From a bacterium (GTDB lineage: Bacteria > Patescibacteriota > Minisyncoccia > UBA6257 > Colwellbacteraceae): a DNA stretch of 64,000 nucleotides. The notes under the pieces are model-generated. The model ran no database searches and was not told the origin of the DNA. It saw nothing but the letters and a program-made list of their open reading frames with translations. Of this stretch, positions 1 to 9,662 are shown one piece after another (position 1 is the stretch's first letter; every line of letters starts with the position of its first letter). Where the stretch lies: assembly GCA_029548485.1 (NCBI GenBank), contig JAKPNH010000002.1, positions 7,747 to 71,746 of the forward strand, given 5' to 3'. The position numbers and the translations under genes were made by a program.

Positions 1-193
1 GATCGCTTGCCACTCTACCATTTGTGGATTCCGATTGCTCTCTTAACGCTTTTGCTTTGCGAGTTTTGGCTGCCTTCGGTCTGGCCGTTTTGGTCCAAGC
101 TTTTGCTTTGAGTTTTTCGTGGCGGGTTTGTTTCCAATTTGTTATACTAATGACGTATATTTTCGCGTTTTTCTCGCGCGAACAAACATCTAA

Positions 194-1900
194 ATGCTTC
201 AGATCCCCGATGAAACTTTAAAGAGCCTTCTTCTCAAAGAAGGCTTGATCGACGCGGAAAAATTCGACGAGACAGCCAAAGAAACCAAGCGTCTCGGCCA
301 GAACATGGCTGATGTTTTGATTTCCCAGGGCGTCATCACCAAGGATTACTGGATCAACATCCTTTCGGATTACTTCAAGGTGCCGCTCGCGGGTCTGAAC
401 GCGAAGCAGATCAACGAAAATCTCTTGAGACTGCTTCCCGAAGACGTGGCTCGGCAGCGCCGGGTGATCCTTTTCGACCAAGAACCCGACGGAACCATTT
501 CCGCGGCCATGGAAGACCCGTCTAACCTGGAAACGATCGAATTCATCGAGCGCTACATCAAGGCCAAAATAAAGCCTTATCTCGCGGTCGACGCCGACTT
601 GAACAAAGGCTTCATGCTTTACAGCCAGCGTCAGTCGGAAGATTTCCGGAAGCTTATCGAAACGAACATCGCCGAGTCGTTAAGGCTCGGAAAGCGCGGA
701 GAAGAAGCGGCGGCGGACGTGCCGATCGTCGCCATCGTCGACAATCTGATCGCCTACGCCTTTTCCCTGCGGGCTTCGGATATCCATTTCGAGATTTTCG
801 AAGACGGCATCCTTGTCCGTTACCGCATCGACGGCGTTTTGCGGGAAATCCTCCGGATTTCCAAAGACGTCCATCCGGCGATCGTCGCCCGCATCAAGCT
901 TTTGGCGGCTTTGAAGATCGACGAGCACTACAAGCCCCAGGACGGAAGATTCCGCCACAAAATAGGCACCGACATCTTGGATATCCGTGTTTCCATCATT
1001 CCCACTTATTACGGGGAAAAAGTGGAAATGAGGCTTTTACCTTCGACCCAGCGGCCGCTTTCCCTTCAGGAACTCGGCATGTTCGACGATATGGCCGAAT
1101 TGGTGGGCGATAATATCAAAAAAAGCTACGGCATGCTCCTTGTCTGCGGACCGACCGGTTCCGGAAAAACGACCACCCTCTATTCTATCCTCGGGATGCT
1201 CAACCGTTCGGAAGTGAACATCGTGACGATCGAGGACCCGATCGAATACGACATCAAATACATTAACCAGACGCAGATAAATCCGGTTGCGGGCATCACT
1301 TTCGCCACGGGTTTAAGATCAATTCTCCGTCAGGATCCGAACGTCATCATGGTCGGCGAGATCCGCGACGAAGAAACGGCCTCCATTTCCGTCCAGTCGG
1401 CTTTGACCGGGCACCTGGTGCTTTCTTCTTTGCACACGAACGACGCGCCGACGGTCGTGCCGAGGCTGATCGACATGAAAGTGCCGCCGTTTCTGGCGGC
1501 CGCGGTTTTGAACGCCATCGTCGCCCAAAGGCTGGTCCGAAAAATCTGCACCAACTGCATTTATTCCCTTTCTCCTTCTTCGGAACTCGTCGAGTCGCTC
1601 CGGAGGCAAATGAAAGAGTTGGATCTTGAAGAACAATTCGTTCCCCCGAAAGTGGTTTACGCCGGCCGCGGGTGTCCGGTTTGCGGAGGCTCGGGTTACC
1701 GGGGCCGCATGGCCATTTTCGAGGTTTTGAACATAACCGAACAAGTCCGAAAAATCATCGTCGATCCGAATTTTTCCCTCGACGTACTCAAGGCCGAAGC
1801 CCGCAAAGAAGGAATGATCTCCATGTTCGAGGACGGGCTCCGCAAAGCCGAAAGGGGTCTCACCACCATCGAAGAAATATTAAGGGTCATCAGAGAATAA
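194..1900 (+). CDS. pilB: Type IV pilus / type II secretion assembly ATPase PilB/GspE
   Basis: 568 aa. Walker A 'GPTGSGKTT', GspE-type N-terminal domain, and C-terminal tetracysteine (CTNC...CPVCGG) typical of PilB. Confidence 0.9.
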   Translation: MLQIPDETLKSLLLKEGLIDAEKFDETAKETKRLGQNMADVLISQGVITKDYWINILSDYFKVPLAGLNAKQINENLLRLLPEDVARQRRVILFDQEPDGTISAAMEDPSNLETIEFIERYIKAKIKPYLAVDADLNKGFMLYSQRQSEDFRKLIETNIAESLRLGKRGEEAAADVPIVAIVDNLIAYAFSLRASDIHFEIFEDGILVRYRIDGVLREILRISKDVHPAIVARIKLLAALKIDEHYKPQDGRFRHKIGTDILDIRVSIIPTYYGEKVEMRLLPSTQRPLSLQELGMFDDMAELVGDNIKKSYGMLLVCGPTGSGKTTTLYSILGMLNRSEVNIVTIEDPIEYDIKYINQTQINPVAGITFATGLRSILRQDPNVIMVGEIRDEETASISVQSALTGHLVLSSLHTNDAPTVVPRLIDMKVPPFLAAAVLNAIVAQRLVRKICTNCIYSLSPSSELVESLRRQMKELDLEEQFVPPKVVYAGRGCPVCGGSGYRGRMAIFEVLNITEQVRKIIVDPNFSLDVLKAEARKEGMISMFEDGLRKAERGLTTIEEILRVIRE

Positions 1901-3115
1901 ATGAAATTCCGCTACATAGCTTCCCAGCCGAACGGCAAAGTGACCGAAGGAACGGTCGAGGCCAATTCTCCGGCCCAGGTTTTGGAGTGGATGGCCACCC
2001 AGAATCTCCGGCCGATTTCCTTGAAGGCGGTGGAAGCCAAAAAAACCGGCCAGGGCCTGAAAGGGCTTTTCAGTCCGGCGGTGACCGTCGACGACCAGGT
2101 GTTTTTGACCAAATACCTGAGTTTGATGCTCAAGGTGGGAACGGATCTGTTCCACGCGATCGACATCCTGATCGCCGACTTTGACAAGCCGGTGGTCAAA
2201 TCCCTGCTCATCGAGATCAGGGACAATCTCGGCCAAGGCAAGCCGTTTTATTCGACTTTCGCCAAGTATCCCCAGTATTTTTCTTCGGTTTTCATCAACC
2301 TGGTGAGGGCCGGAGAGGCTTCCGGAAACCTTGACCGGGTTTTCGACGATTTGAGCGTCACCCTGGAAAAGGAGAAGGATCTGCGGAGCCGCATCAGATC
2401 GGCCGTCACTTATCCGATCCTGCTTTTGGTTTTCGCCTTTGTCATTCTCTTCGCCCTGGTCGCTTTCGCCCTTCCTAAAATCTCCGATTCCTTCACCCAG
2501 GGAGGAGCCGAACCGCCGGCTTTCTCGAGGATCGTCTTCGCTTTCGGAAATTTCATCGGCAGCCATATCGGCCCCATCATCTTCGTCATGGTCGCCGGCA
2601 TTGCCGGAACGTGGTTTTTCCTCGCGAAAACCCTGCCCGGGAAAAAATTCGGCATCAAGCTCATCAACCGCTTGCCCGTTGTCGGCGCGGTTTTGAAACA
2701 ATTGGCTTTGCAGCGCTTCGCTTCGACTTTCGCTTCGCTTCTCAAGGCGGGTCTTCCTATGCTCGAAGCCTTGGAAATCACCGCCAACGCCGTCGGTTCG
2801 GAAGAGCTCAAAGAGATACTTTTCCGTATTTCCCGCCAGGGCGTGGCCAAAGGCGTGACCGTCGGCGAAGCTTTCCGGCGCGAGCCTTATTTCCCGAGGG
2901 TAGTGGTCAATCTGATCGCCATTTCGGAAAAAGCCGGGCACATGGAGACGATTCTCGAGACCCTCGCCGATTTTTACGCTTCGGACGTCGACACCAGGAT
3001 CAAGGTACTGGTTTCCCTGCTTGAGCCGGCGCTTCTCGTGATGATCGGCTTGGTCGTGGCGGTCATCGCCCTCGCGGTCATCGTCCCGATCTACCAATTG
3101 GTCTCTTCGATCTAA
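1901..3115 (+). CDS. pilC: Type IV pilus inner-membrane platform protein PilC/GspF
   Basis: 404 aa. Duplicated GspF-type domains with three TM segments. Start codon immediately follows the pilB stop. Confidence 0.85.
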   Translation: MKFRYIASQPNGKVTEGTVEANSPAQVLEWMATQNLRPISLKAVEAKKTGQGLKGLFSPAVTVDDQVFLTKYLSLMLKVGTDLFHAIDILIADFDKPVVKSLLIEIRDNLGQGKPFYSTFAKYPQYFSSVFINLVRAGEASGNLDRVFDDLSVTLEKEKDLRSRIRSAVTYPILLLVFAFVILFALVAFALPKISDSFTQGGAEPPAFSRIVFAFGNFIGSHIGPIIFVMVAGIAGTWFFLAKTLPGKKFGIKLINRLPVVGAVLKQLALQRFASTFASLLKAGLPMLEALEITANAVGSEELKEILFRISRQGVAKGVTVGEAFRREPYFPRVVVNLIAISEKAGHMETILETLADFYASDVDTRIKVLVSLLEPALLVMIGLVVAVIALAVIVPIYQLVSSI

Positions 3116-3134
3116 CGCCTATCAAAAAACGAAC

Positions 3135-3614
3135 ATGCCTTCCTCTAAAAATAGTCGGCCGTCGGGATTCTCGCTTGTGGAAATCGTACTCGTTTTCGCC
3201 ATGATGGCGATCATCGTGACGGCTTCAGTCAGCAATCTCTTGGGCGTGAGGAACAAATACGCCCTGGACACCACGGCCGAAAAAATAGTTTTCGATCTGC
3301 GTCTGGCCCGGGAAAACGCCCGGGGCCAGAAAGACGGAACCGCCTGGGGCGTCAGGTTGAACAACGACTCCAACGGAAAATTCTTCGAAGTTTTTTCCGG
3401 GGACAATTACGCGAGCGGCGTAAGATCTTTGCGGACGGCTCTTTCTTCGGGAGTAAAGTTCTTGACGCCGGCGGAAGGAACGAACGCCGATGTCGTTTTC
3501 GCCAAGGTCACCGGTTTGCCCGCGTCTTCTTATTCCATTACAATTGGATCAGAGAATCTTGCTTCGATCACCAAAATAATCACCATCAATGCGAACGGCA
3601 CGATCACATATTAG
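3135..3614 (+). CDS. Prepilin-type (class III signal peptide) pilin
   Basis: 11-aa leader 'MPSSKNSRPSG', then 'FSLVEIVLVFAMMAIIV' (G|FxLxE prepilin cleavage motif plus hydrophobic helix). Confidence 0.75.
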   Translation: MPSSKNSRPSGFSLVEIVLVFAMMAIIVTASVSNLLGVRNKYALDTTAEKIVFDLRLARENARGQKDGTAWGVRLNNDSNGKFFEVFSGDNYASGVRSLRTALSSGVKFLTPAEGTNADVVFAKVTGLPASSYSITIGSENLASITKIITINANGTITY

Positions 3615-4251
3615 GGGCCAATCGCTTATCGAGGCGCTGGTGGCCCTGATGGTCGGCGTTATCATGATCGGCGGCGTATCCACCGTCCTCATCCTGTCGG
3701 TGCGTTCGAGCGCGGACGCGGATCAGTTCAACAGCGCCAGCCGTTTGGCGAGCCAAGAGCTCGACAATATCAGGGTTTTCGCCGAAGCCGATTGGAACGC
3801 CATTTATCTCGCCACCAAATACGTCGATCCGGGAAATACCAACCCGCATTATCTTTCCGTGGTGAACGTCGGCGGCAAAACGAGCTTCGTCATCAACAAC
3901 GGAACGACGGCGGTGACCGTCGACAGCATCGAATACACCAAATCCTTCTATATAGAAAACGTGGAGCGCGACGAAGACGACAACATCGTCGCGAGCGGGG
4001 GAACGGACGACCCCTCGACGCAAAAAATCACCGTCAACGTCACTTGGCTCGACGACAAATCCTTGAGCGTGGTCGGTTATCTTGTCCGGTCGCGGAACGT
4101 TTCGGCTCTGTTTTCGAGCTGGGGAGCCGGTCCGGGATTCGAGGGGCCGTATACCATCCTTTCCGACGCTCCCCAAGGATTTTCTTCCTCTTCCGAAGAC
4201 ATCGATTTCGCTCCCGAGGTCGGAGGAATCACGCTTATCATCGAACAATGA
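3589..4251 (+). CDS. Prepilin-type pseudopilin / minor pilin
   Basis: 10-aa leader 'MRTARSHIRG', then 'QSLIEALVALMVGVIMIGG' (G|QSLIE motif). Overlaps the previous gene by 26 nt. Confidence 0.7.
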   Translation: MRTARSHIRGQSLIEALVALMVGVIMIGGVSTVLILSVRSSADADQFNSASRLASQELDNIRVFAEADWNAIYLATKYVDPGNTNPHYLSVVNVGGKTSFVINNGTTAVTVDSIEYTKSFYIENVERDEDDNIVASGGTDDPSTQKITVNVTWLDDKSLSVVGYLVRSRNVSALFSSWGAGPGFEGPYTILSDAPQGFSSSSEDIDFAPEVGGITLIIEQ

Positions 4252-5261
4252 GCATGACGACGAGCAAAAACAGGATTCTCTGCGGATTGGCGATATTCAT
4301 CGCGGCCGCGTTTCTTACTTTGAATGCGGCCGAAGCCGCGACCAATATCGCCGCCGACAATCCGCCGGCTTATCTTCATTGGGCTTGGAGCGACGTCGTC
4401 GGTTGGATCGATTTTTATTCGACGGACAGCGTCAACGTGACGACGACCGAGCTTCAGGGATATTCGAGATACAGCGCCGAAGGCGACGGAGCGGCTCCCT
4501 GGCAATACATATCTTTGAATTGCGCGAGCGGTCCCTCGGGATCGAGCTGCACACCCATAAGCTACAAGGTTTCCAACACCGGATCCGGAGAATTGTCCGG
4601 CTGGGCCTGGAGCGACGCCGTCGGCTGGATCAGTTTCAACTGCGAGAACGAAGGCACGAGCGGCTGCGCCGGACGCGACTATGGAGTGTCCGTCGTGAAC
4701 AGCTCCGATTACCCGGGCCAGGCGGAGCTGCAGGGATTCGCCTGGAACGACATCGCCGGCTGGATCAGTTTCAACTGCAGCAATCCCCACGTCGGCAACC
4801 CCGACGGCATTTGCGGCACAGTCGATTACAAAGTGGTGACCGGATGGAGCATCGAACCGATGGAGGGAGAAGTGATCTCGAGCACTTTCGACACCGGCGA
4901 GGCCGACGGCGCGGCCTACAACTACATTTTGTGGAAGGGCGTCACCAATTCCGGAGACGTCAGATTCCAATTCGCCACCTCGAATTGCGGCAACGGCGCC
5001 ACCAACCCCCCGGCCTGCGACCAAAACGTCGGCTGGGGCGGAGACAAGACTTCGGGCGACGGCGCTTTCCTGGGGCCGTCCGGCACCTCGGCTCCGGACG
5101 ATCTTTATTCGGGTTCGGGCCCGGACGTGCCCATACCTCTCAAAAACAGGGCGACGCACACCAATAAAAGGTACTTCCGCTACCGGGTCGTTCTTTACAG
5201 CGACATCACCCGGGCGCTTTCTCCGCGAATCGACGGAGTGATCGTCAATTGGAGCCCATAA
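4248..5261 (+). CDS. Secreted Trp/Gly-rich repeat protein inside the pilus operon (function unknown)
   Basis: ATG at 4248 gives MSMTTSKNRILCGLAIFIAAAFLTLNAAEA (signal peptide). Three copies of the motif WAWSD(V/A)VGWI(D/S)F. The track ORF 3792..5261 has an Arg-rich N-terminal extension that is not protein-like. Confidence 0.6.
   Translation: MSMTTSKNRILCGLAIFIAAAFLTLNAAEAATNIAADNPPAYLHWAWSDVVGWIDFYSTDSVNVTTTELQGYSRYSAEGDGAAPWQYISLNCASGPSGSSCTPISYKVSNTGSGELSGWAWSDAVGWISFNCENEGTSGCAGRDYGVSVVNSSDYPGQAELQGFAWNDIAGWISFNCSNPHVGNPDGICGTVDYKVVTGWSIEPMEGEVISSTFDTGEADGAAYNYILWKGVTNSGDVRFQFATSNCGNGATNPPACDQNVGWGGDKTSGDGAFLGPSGTSAPDDLYSGSGPDVPIPLKNRATHTNKRYFRYRVVLYSDITRALSPRIDGVIVNWSP
4380..4788 (+). 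repeat. Three intragenic DNA/protein repeats (GWAWSDxVGWISFNC units)
   Basis: Units at about 4380-4418, 4602-4644 and 4747-4788. The 21-mer ggctggatcagtttcaactgc occurs exactly twice (4623-4643 and 4768-4788). Confidence 0.8.
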
Positions 5262-5732
5262 ATGAAGAAGATCAATCAAAAAAATCGTAAAGGAGTGGCC
5301 ACTCTGCCGACGGTCATCATGATCGGCGGCATTATCATCGAGCTCGCCATCGCCGGAGTCGTCGTCGGCTACGCTTTCACCGAGAGCGGATCGGGCATGA
5401 GGCTTTCGGCCGAAGCGCTCTTTACCGCGCGCGCCGGTGCCGACGACGCCATATATAAGGTGATCAGGGGAGGTTATCAATCTTCGTATAACCTAATCGT
5501 TTCCGGAACGCCCGAAACTCCGAGCGAACGCAAAGCCGAAATCACCATCGAAAAGGATCCGGTTGATCTGGAAGGCCGGTTCGGCACCTGCAACGTCATC
5601 TGGGGATGCTATTTCCGGGTGCGGTCGCTCGGATCCGCCGCCAGCCGAAGAAGGAAAATAGAATCCGTGCTTTCGGTCGATCCGGCGACGCGGGAAATCA
5701 GGACCAGCTATATTAAAGAAATACCGGTTTAA
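5262..5732 (+). CDS. PilX-N-like pilus assembly / minor pilin-like protein
   Basis: Leader 'MKKINQKNRKG', then a hydrophobic helix VATLPTVIMIGGIIIELAIAGVVVG resembling the PilX N-terminal domain. No Glu at +5. Confidence 0.45.
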   Translation: MKKINQKNRKGVATLPTVIMIGGIIIELAIAGVVVGYAFTESGSGMRLSAEALFTARAGADDAIYKVIRGGYQSSYNLIVSGTPETPSERKAEITIEKDPVDLEGRFGTCNVIWGCYFRVRSLGSAASRRRKIESVLSVDPATREIRTSYIKEIPV

Positions 5733-5736
5733 CATC

Positions 5737-7272
5737 ATGGCCGAAACAACCATCAAATCGCGAAGCAAACTGGGGGCTCTCTGGAGACTGATCAACCCGT
5801 TCAAACCGGTGGGCGGCTTGAGTATCAACGATTCTTCTTTGAAATACGTCCGCATAGACGAGAACAACCGCCTGGTCAAAGCCTCTTTGAGGCTGCCGCC
5901 GGGATTGATCGAAGACGGAAAGATCAAGAACCGGGACTTGGCGAAGCAGGCGCTCGAGACTTTGAAATCCTACATCGCTCCTCCCCGCGGCGACCGGCGG
6001 ACGAACGTCATCGTTTCCCTCCAGGACAATCTGATCTATTCGAGAATTTTCAACGTTCCCAACTTGGAGGAAAAAGCTTTGGAAGAAGCGGCCGTGCTCA
6101 ATCTGCAGATGATTTCCCCGATAGATTTGAAGCAGTCCTATTACAGCTACCAGTCCGTCGGAATCACCGCGAACGGCGTCCGCCAGCTCGAGCTTCTCGG
6201 GGCTTTTATTCCGAACGGCATCGTCGACGACTGGCTTTCCCTTTTGAGGGAATCGGGATTCAGCCCGATCGCCGTGGAGTTCCAAAGCCTGAGCATGGTG
6301 AGGGCAATGGACTATCTGAAAATCACCGATCCGAAATCGACCTACGTGGCCTTGGTCGTCGCCGCCGACGGGCTTAATTTCGCCATCATCAAGAACAACA
6401 ACCTTTATTTCAATTATTTTTATTCCTGGAAATCCGTCGGTTCCGGCGGCCGGCAGATCGCTTTTACGGATCTGGAGCAAACCATTTTCACGGAAATAGA
6501 GCGCGTTCTGAATTTTGTCGGAGCGCGATTCGGCACGTCCATTTCCAGAATCTTCGTCGTGGCCGAAGGGCTCGGCGCCAAAATCGCCGCTTCGATCAAA
6601 ACACGGTTTCCCCGGCTCGACAGCCAGGAGTTTTCTTTGATGTCTTCCGCCGGATTGCCGGCGGATTGGGCGCCGGCTTTGGGATCGGCCATCAGAGGCG
6701 CCTTGCCCCGTTCGAAAGACCAATTCATCAGCTTGAACTCCATTACCGTCAGAGAAGAGTACTTTCAGGAACAGTCTTTGAGCCTGGCTTCCGCCTGGCG
6801 GAGCGCCTTTCTCGTTGTTTTGGCTTTCTTGGCGGTCCTTTACGGCGGAAGCGATTTGCTTTTGCGCCGGGTGAAAGAAGACCTTGTCGCCAGCCAAACG
6901 ATCAATTTCCCGGTGAACGAGAACCAGGAATACGCCGAACTGAAAGCCCAAGCCGACGGCTTCAACGCTTTGGTCAATTTGGTGGCGAGCGCCAAAGTCC
7001 GGGAAACGGTCATTTCGCCGTTCTTCCGGAAGATCAGGGAGCTCGCCGGAACCGACGCCACCATTTTGAGGATTTCCACCCAGCCGGTCAGCGGCACTGT
7101 CATTTTGAACGCTTCTTCTCCGTCCCTCGATATGTCGAGGAGATTTGTCGACAGACTGAAGGCCACCCCCCAGCTTCAAAGCGTCGAACAGCCGCTCGCC
7201 AATCTGGTGGTCGATCCGGACGGATCAGTGACTTTCATCGTCAGCTTCAAAGTGACGAGCCAGAATTTCTAG
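5737..7272 (+). CDS. pilM: Type IV pilus assembly protein PilM fused to PilN/PilO-like membrane segment
   Basis: 511 aa. N-terminal ~340 aa is an actin-like PilM fold. A TM helix (AFLVVLAFLAVLYGG) and a coiled periplasmic tail follow, as in PilN/PilO. Confidence 0.7.
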   Translation: MAETTIKSRSKLGALWRLINPFKPVGGLSINDSSLKYVRIDENNRLVKASLRLPPGLIEDGKIKNRDLAKQALETLKSYIAPPRGDRRTNVIVSLQDNLIYSRIFNVPNLEEKALEEAAVLNLQMISPIDLKQSYYSYQSVGITANGVRQLELLGAFIPNGIVDDWLSLLRESGFSPIAVEFQSLSMVRAMDYLKITDPKSTYVALVVAADGLNFAIIKNNNLYFNYFYSWKSVGSGGRQIAFTDLEQTIFTEIERVLNFVGARFGTSISRIFVVAEGLGAKIAASIKTRFPRLDSQEFSLMSSAGLPADWAPALGSAIRGALPRSKDQFISLNSITVREEYFQEQSLSLASAWRSAFLVVLAFLAVLYGGSDLLLRRVKEDLVASQTINFPVNENQEYAELKAQADGFNALVNLVASAKVRETVISPFFRKIRELAGTDATILRISTQPVSGTVILNASSPSLDMSRRFVDRLKATPQLQSVEQPLANLVVDPDGSVTFIVSFKVTSQNF

Positions 7273-7764
7273 GAAGACTTTGTTGAGGATCGACGCGTCG
7301 CGCTTGGAAATCGGTTTCAAAATAAAGTCCCCAGCTTGTTTTTTCTGGTTTTCTGGCCTCGCGCCGATGCGGATCCTCGCGAAGGCTCTGGTTTTGAGGC
7401 GATCGATGATCGATTGCACTCCTTTGTGTCCGGCCGAACCCCGGCCCGCGGAAAACTTGTAAGAACCGAGGACAATATCCGAATCGTCGTGGACGACAAT
7501 CAAATTTTCCGCCGGTATCCGGAAATATTTGACGGCCGCGGCCACGGCGATGCCCGAGTCGTTCATGAATCCGAGCGATTTCACGAGAATCATTCCCGGA
7601 GTTTTAATGAATTCGAACCCCTCTTTTTTGGAGGCTTGCCAATCGTTTTCTAGTTTTTCTTTTTTTGCCAGGAGATCCAAAAAAATCCTTCCCACGCTGT
7701 GATAAGTGTTCGCGTATTCTTCTCCCGGATTACCCAATCCGAAAACGATCTTTTGCTTGCCCAT
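7225..7764 (-). CDS. pth: Peptidyl-tRNA hydrolase
   Basis: Internal start MGKQKIVFGLGNPGEEY... (Pth signature GLGNPG...Y..TRHN-like, HDD). The upstream 34 codons of the track ORF overlap the lepB promoter region. Confidence 0.8.
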   Translation of the reverse strand: MGKQKIVFGLGNPGEEYANTYHSVGRIFLDLLAKKEKLENDWQASKKEGFEFIKTPGMILVKSLGFMNDSGIAVAAAVKYFRIPAENLIVVHDDSDIVLGSYKFSAGRGSAGHKGVQSIIDRLKTRAFARIRIGARPENQKKQAGDFILKPISKRDASILNKVFLEILARHFEADDESH

Positions 7765-7783
7765 CAGCGTCAATTGTATTAAA

Positions 7784-8341
7784 ATGCGACGGATGAAGCA
7801 ATTATTGGCCGTTTGGGAGTTCCTCGAAGTGGCGGCGATCGCCATTATCATCGCCTGCGCTTTCAAATTCTTGGCCCAGCCTTTTTTGGTTCAGGGCGCC
7901 AGCATGGAACCGAATTTCGACGACGGCGATTTCCTGCTCGTCGACGAAATTTCCTACCGCTTCAAAGAGCCGGAAAGGGGAGACGTGATCGTTTTCCACG
8001 CTCCGACCGAAGAGAAACAATATTACATCAAGCGGATCATCGGCCTGCCCGGAGAAACGATAGTCGTCGAAGATGGAGAGGTTTTTATAAACGGCGTCGA
8101 ACTCGAAGAGGAATACCTTCCTCAGGGAATGTCGACGAGGACTCTTCAGCAGAACGAATTCACGCTCGGCGCGAACCAATTCTTCGTTTTGGGAGACAAC
8201 CGGATCATGAGTTTCGATTCCCGGAACTGGGGCCCGCTCGATAGGGAAGAAATAGTGGGGGTGGTCCAGCTTCGGCTTTGGCCGCTTCAATTCCTGGATT
8301 CGTTGAAAGAACAAAGTTTTTACAGTGGCTACCTCCGCTAA
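7784..8341 (+). CDS. lepB: Signal peptidase I (S26)
   Basis: TM anchor, catalytic 'GASMEPN' Ser box, 'YIKRIIGLPGE' and 'GDNRIMSFDSRNWGP' boxes. Start chosen at MRRMKQ. Confidence 0.8.
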   Translation: MRRMKQLLAVWEFLEVAAIAIIIACAFKFLAQPFLVQGASMEPNFDDGDFLLVDEISYRFKEPERGDVIVFHAPTEEKQYYIKRIIGLPGETIVVEDGEVFINGVELEEEYLPQGMSTRTLQQNEFTLGANQFFVLGDNRIMSFDSRNWGPLDREEIVGVVQLRLWPLQFLDSLKEQSFYSGYLR

Positions 8342-9659
8342 AAAAACAGCCAAATCCGCGAAAACCGCCAAATTGACGGCTATTCAGGCTCCGAAAGGAA
8401 TGCACGATATTTTGCCGGAAGACGCCTGGTATTGGGAAAAGGTGGAGCAGGCGGTGAAAGACACGGCTTCGTTTTACGGATTCGACCGCATCCAAACCCC
8501 GATCCTCGAGAACGTCGATCTTTTCATAAGGAGCGTCGGCGAAGCGACCGACATCGTCGAAAAGGAAATGTATGTTTTGAAGACCCGCGGCGGCGATCAT
8601 CTGGCTTTGCGGCCGGAAATGACGGCGCCGGTGATGCGGGCTTATATCGAACGCGGATTGAGCCGCGTCAGCCAGCCGCTCAAAGTCTATTATTTCGGGC
8701 CGGCTTTCAGGCACGAAAATCCACAGGCCGGACGCTACCGCGAATTTTATCAAATGGGATTCGAGACGATCGGCGGGGAATCCGATCCGATCTATGACGC
8801 CGAAGTGATCGTCGCCGGATCGAGGTTTTTGGAATCGTTGAAGATCAAAAACCTGGCCATCCAGGTGAACAGCATCGGCTGCAAGGTCTGCCGGCCGAAT
8901 TACCGCAAAAAGCTCCAGGAATTCTACCGGAAAGAAACCGCCGTCGCCAAGAAAACCAAAGTCGTCTGCAAAGACTGCGAACGCCGCTTGGAAACGAATC
9001 CCTTGCGCCTGCTCGATTGCAAAAACGATCTTTGCGTTTCTTTGAAAGCCCAGGCGCCGAGCATTCTCGACAATCTTTGTTTCGCCTGCAGGCAGCATCT
9101 GAAAGGCGTTTTGGAATATCTGGACGAGGTTAACCTGCCTTACAGCCTGAATCCGTATCTGGTTCGCGGACTCGATTATTACAGCCGCACGGTTTTCGAG
9201 ATTTTCTCGGATCAAAGCGATTTAGCCTTGATGGGCGGCGGCCGCTACGATTATCTCGGCGAAGTCCTTTCGGGCAAGCCGATTCCGGCGGTCGGAGTGG
9301 CCGCGGGCATAGAGCGGATCATCGAGGTCGTCAAGACCAACAATCTTTTGCCTTCGCGCAAGCCTACGGACAAGGTTTTCGTCATCCACGTCGGCGATCT
9401 GGCCAAGAAAAAGGCTTTTGCCTTGATCGAGCAGTTCCGACGGGAAAACATCAGGGTTTCCGCGGCCCTCGGCAAGGATTCGCTTCAGGCCCAGCTCAAG
9501 GCGGCGGACAAAGAGGCCGCGCCTTTGAGCGTCATCATCGGCCAAAAAGAAGTCTACGAAGAAAGCGTCATCATCCGGGACATGAAAACCGGCAGCCAAG
9601 AAACCGTTCCCTTGAAGAAGATCAACGATACTCTCAAGGAAAAATTGAAAAAGCAGTAA
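8325..9659 (+). CDS. hisS: Histidyl-tRNA synthetase
   Basis: Class II aaRS motifs, 'PKGMHDILPED' N-terminal HisRS signature, and an anticodon-binding C-terminus. The true start may be a downstream TTG. Confidence 0.9.
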   Translation: MATSAKKTAKSAKTAKLTAIQAPKGMHDILPEDAWYWEKVEQAVKDTASFYGFDRIQTPILENVDLFIRSVGEATDIVEKEMYVLKTRGGDHLALRPEMTAPVMRAYIERGLSRVSQPLKVYYFGPAFRHENPQAGRYREFYQMGFETIGGESDPIYDAEVIVAGSRFLESLKIKNLAIQVNSIGCKVCRPNYRKKLQEFYRKETAVAKKTKVVCKDCERRLETNPLRLLDCKNDLCVSLKAQAPSILDNLCFACRQHLKGVLEYLDEVNLPYSLNPYLVRGLDYYSRTVFEIFSDQSDLALMGGGRYDYLGEVLSGKPIPAVGVAAGIERIIEVVKTNNLLPSRKPTDKVFVIHVGDLAKKKAFALIEQFRRENIRVSAALGKDSLQAQLKAADKEAAPLSVIIGQKEVYEESVIIRDMKTGSQETVPLKKINDTLKEKLKKQ

Positions 9660-9662
9660 TCC

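Noticed and set aside
1-193. Possible promoter or repeat (ttttgctttg recurring) upstream of pilB, plus a 65-aa ORF
   Set aside because: Spacing of candidate -35/-10 hexamers does not fit. The ORF is hydrophobic and low-complexity and overlaps the pilB start.
3792-4247. N-terminal 150 codons of track ORF 3792..5261
   Set aside because: The translation is an Arg-rich frame overlapping the second pilin gene. A proper ATG with a signal peptide begins at 4248.
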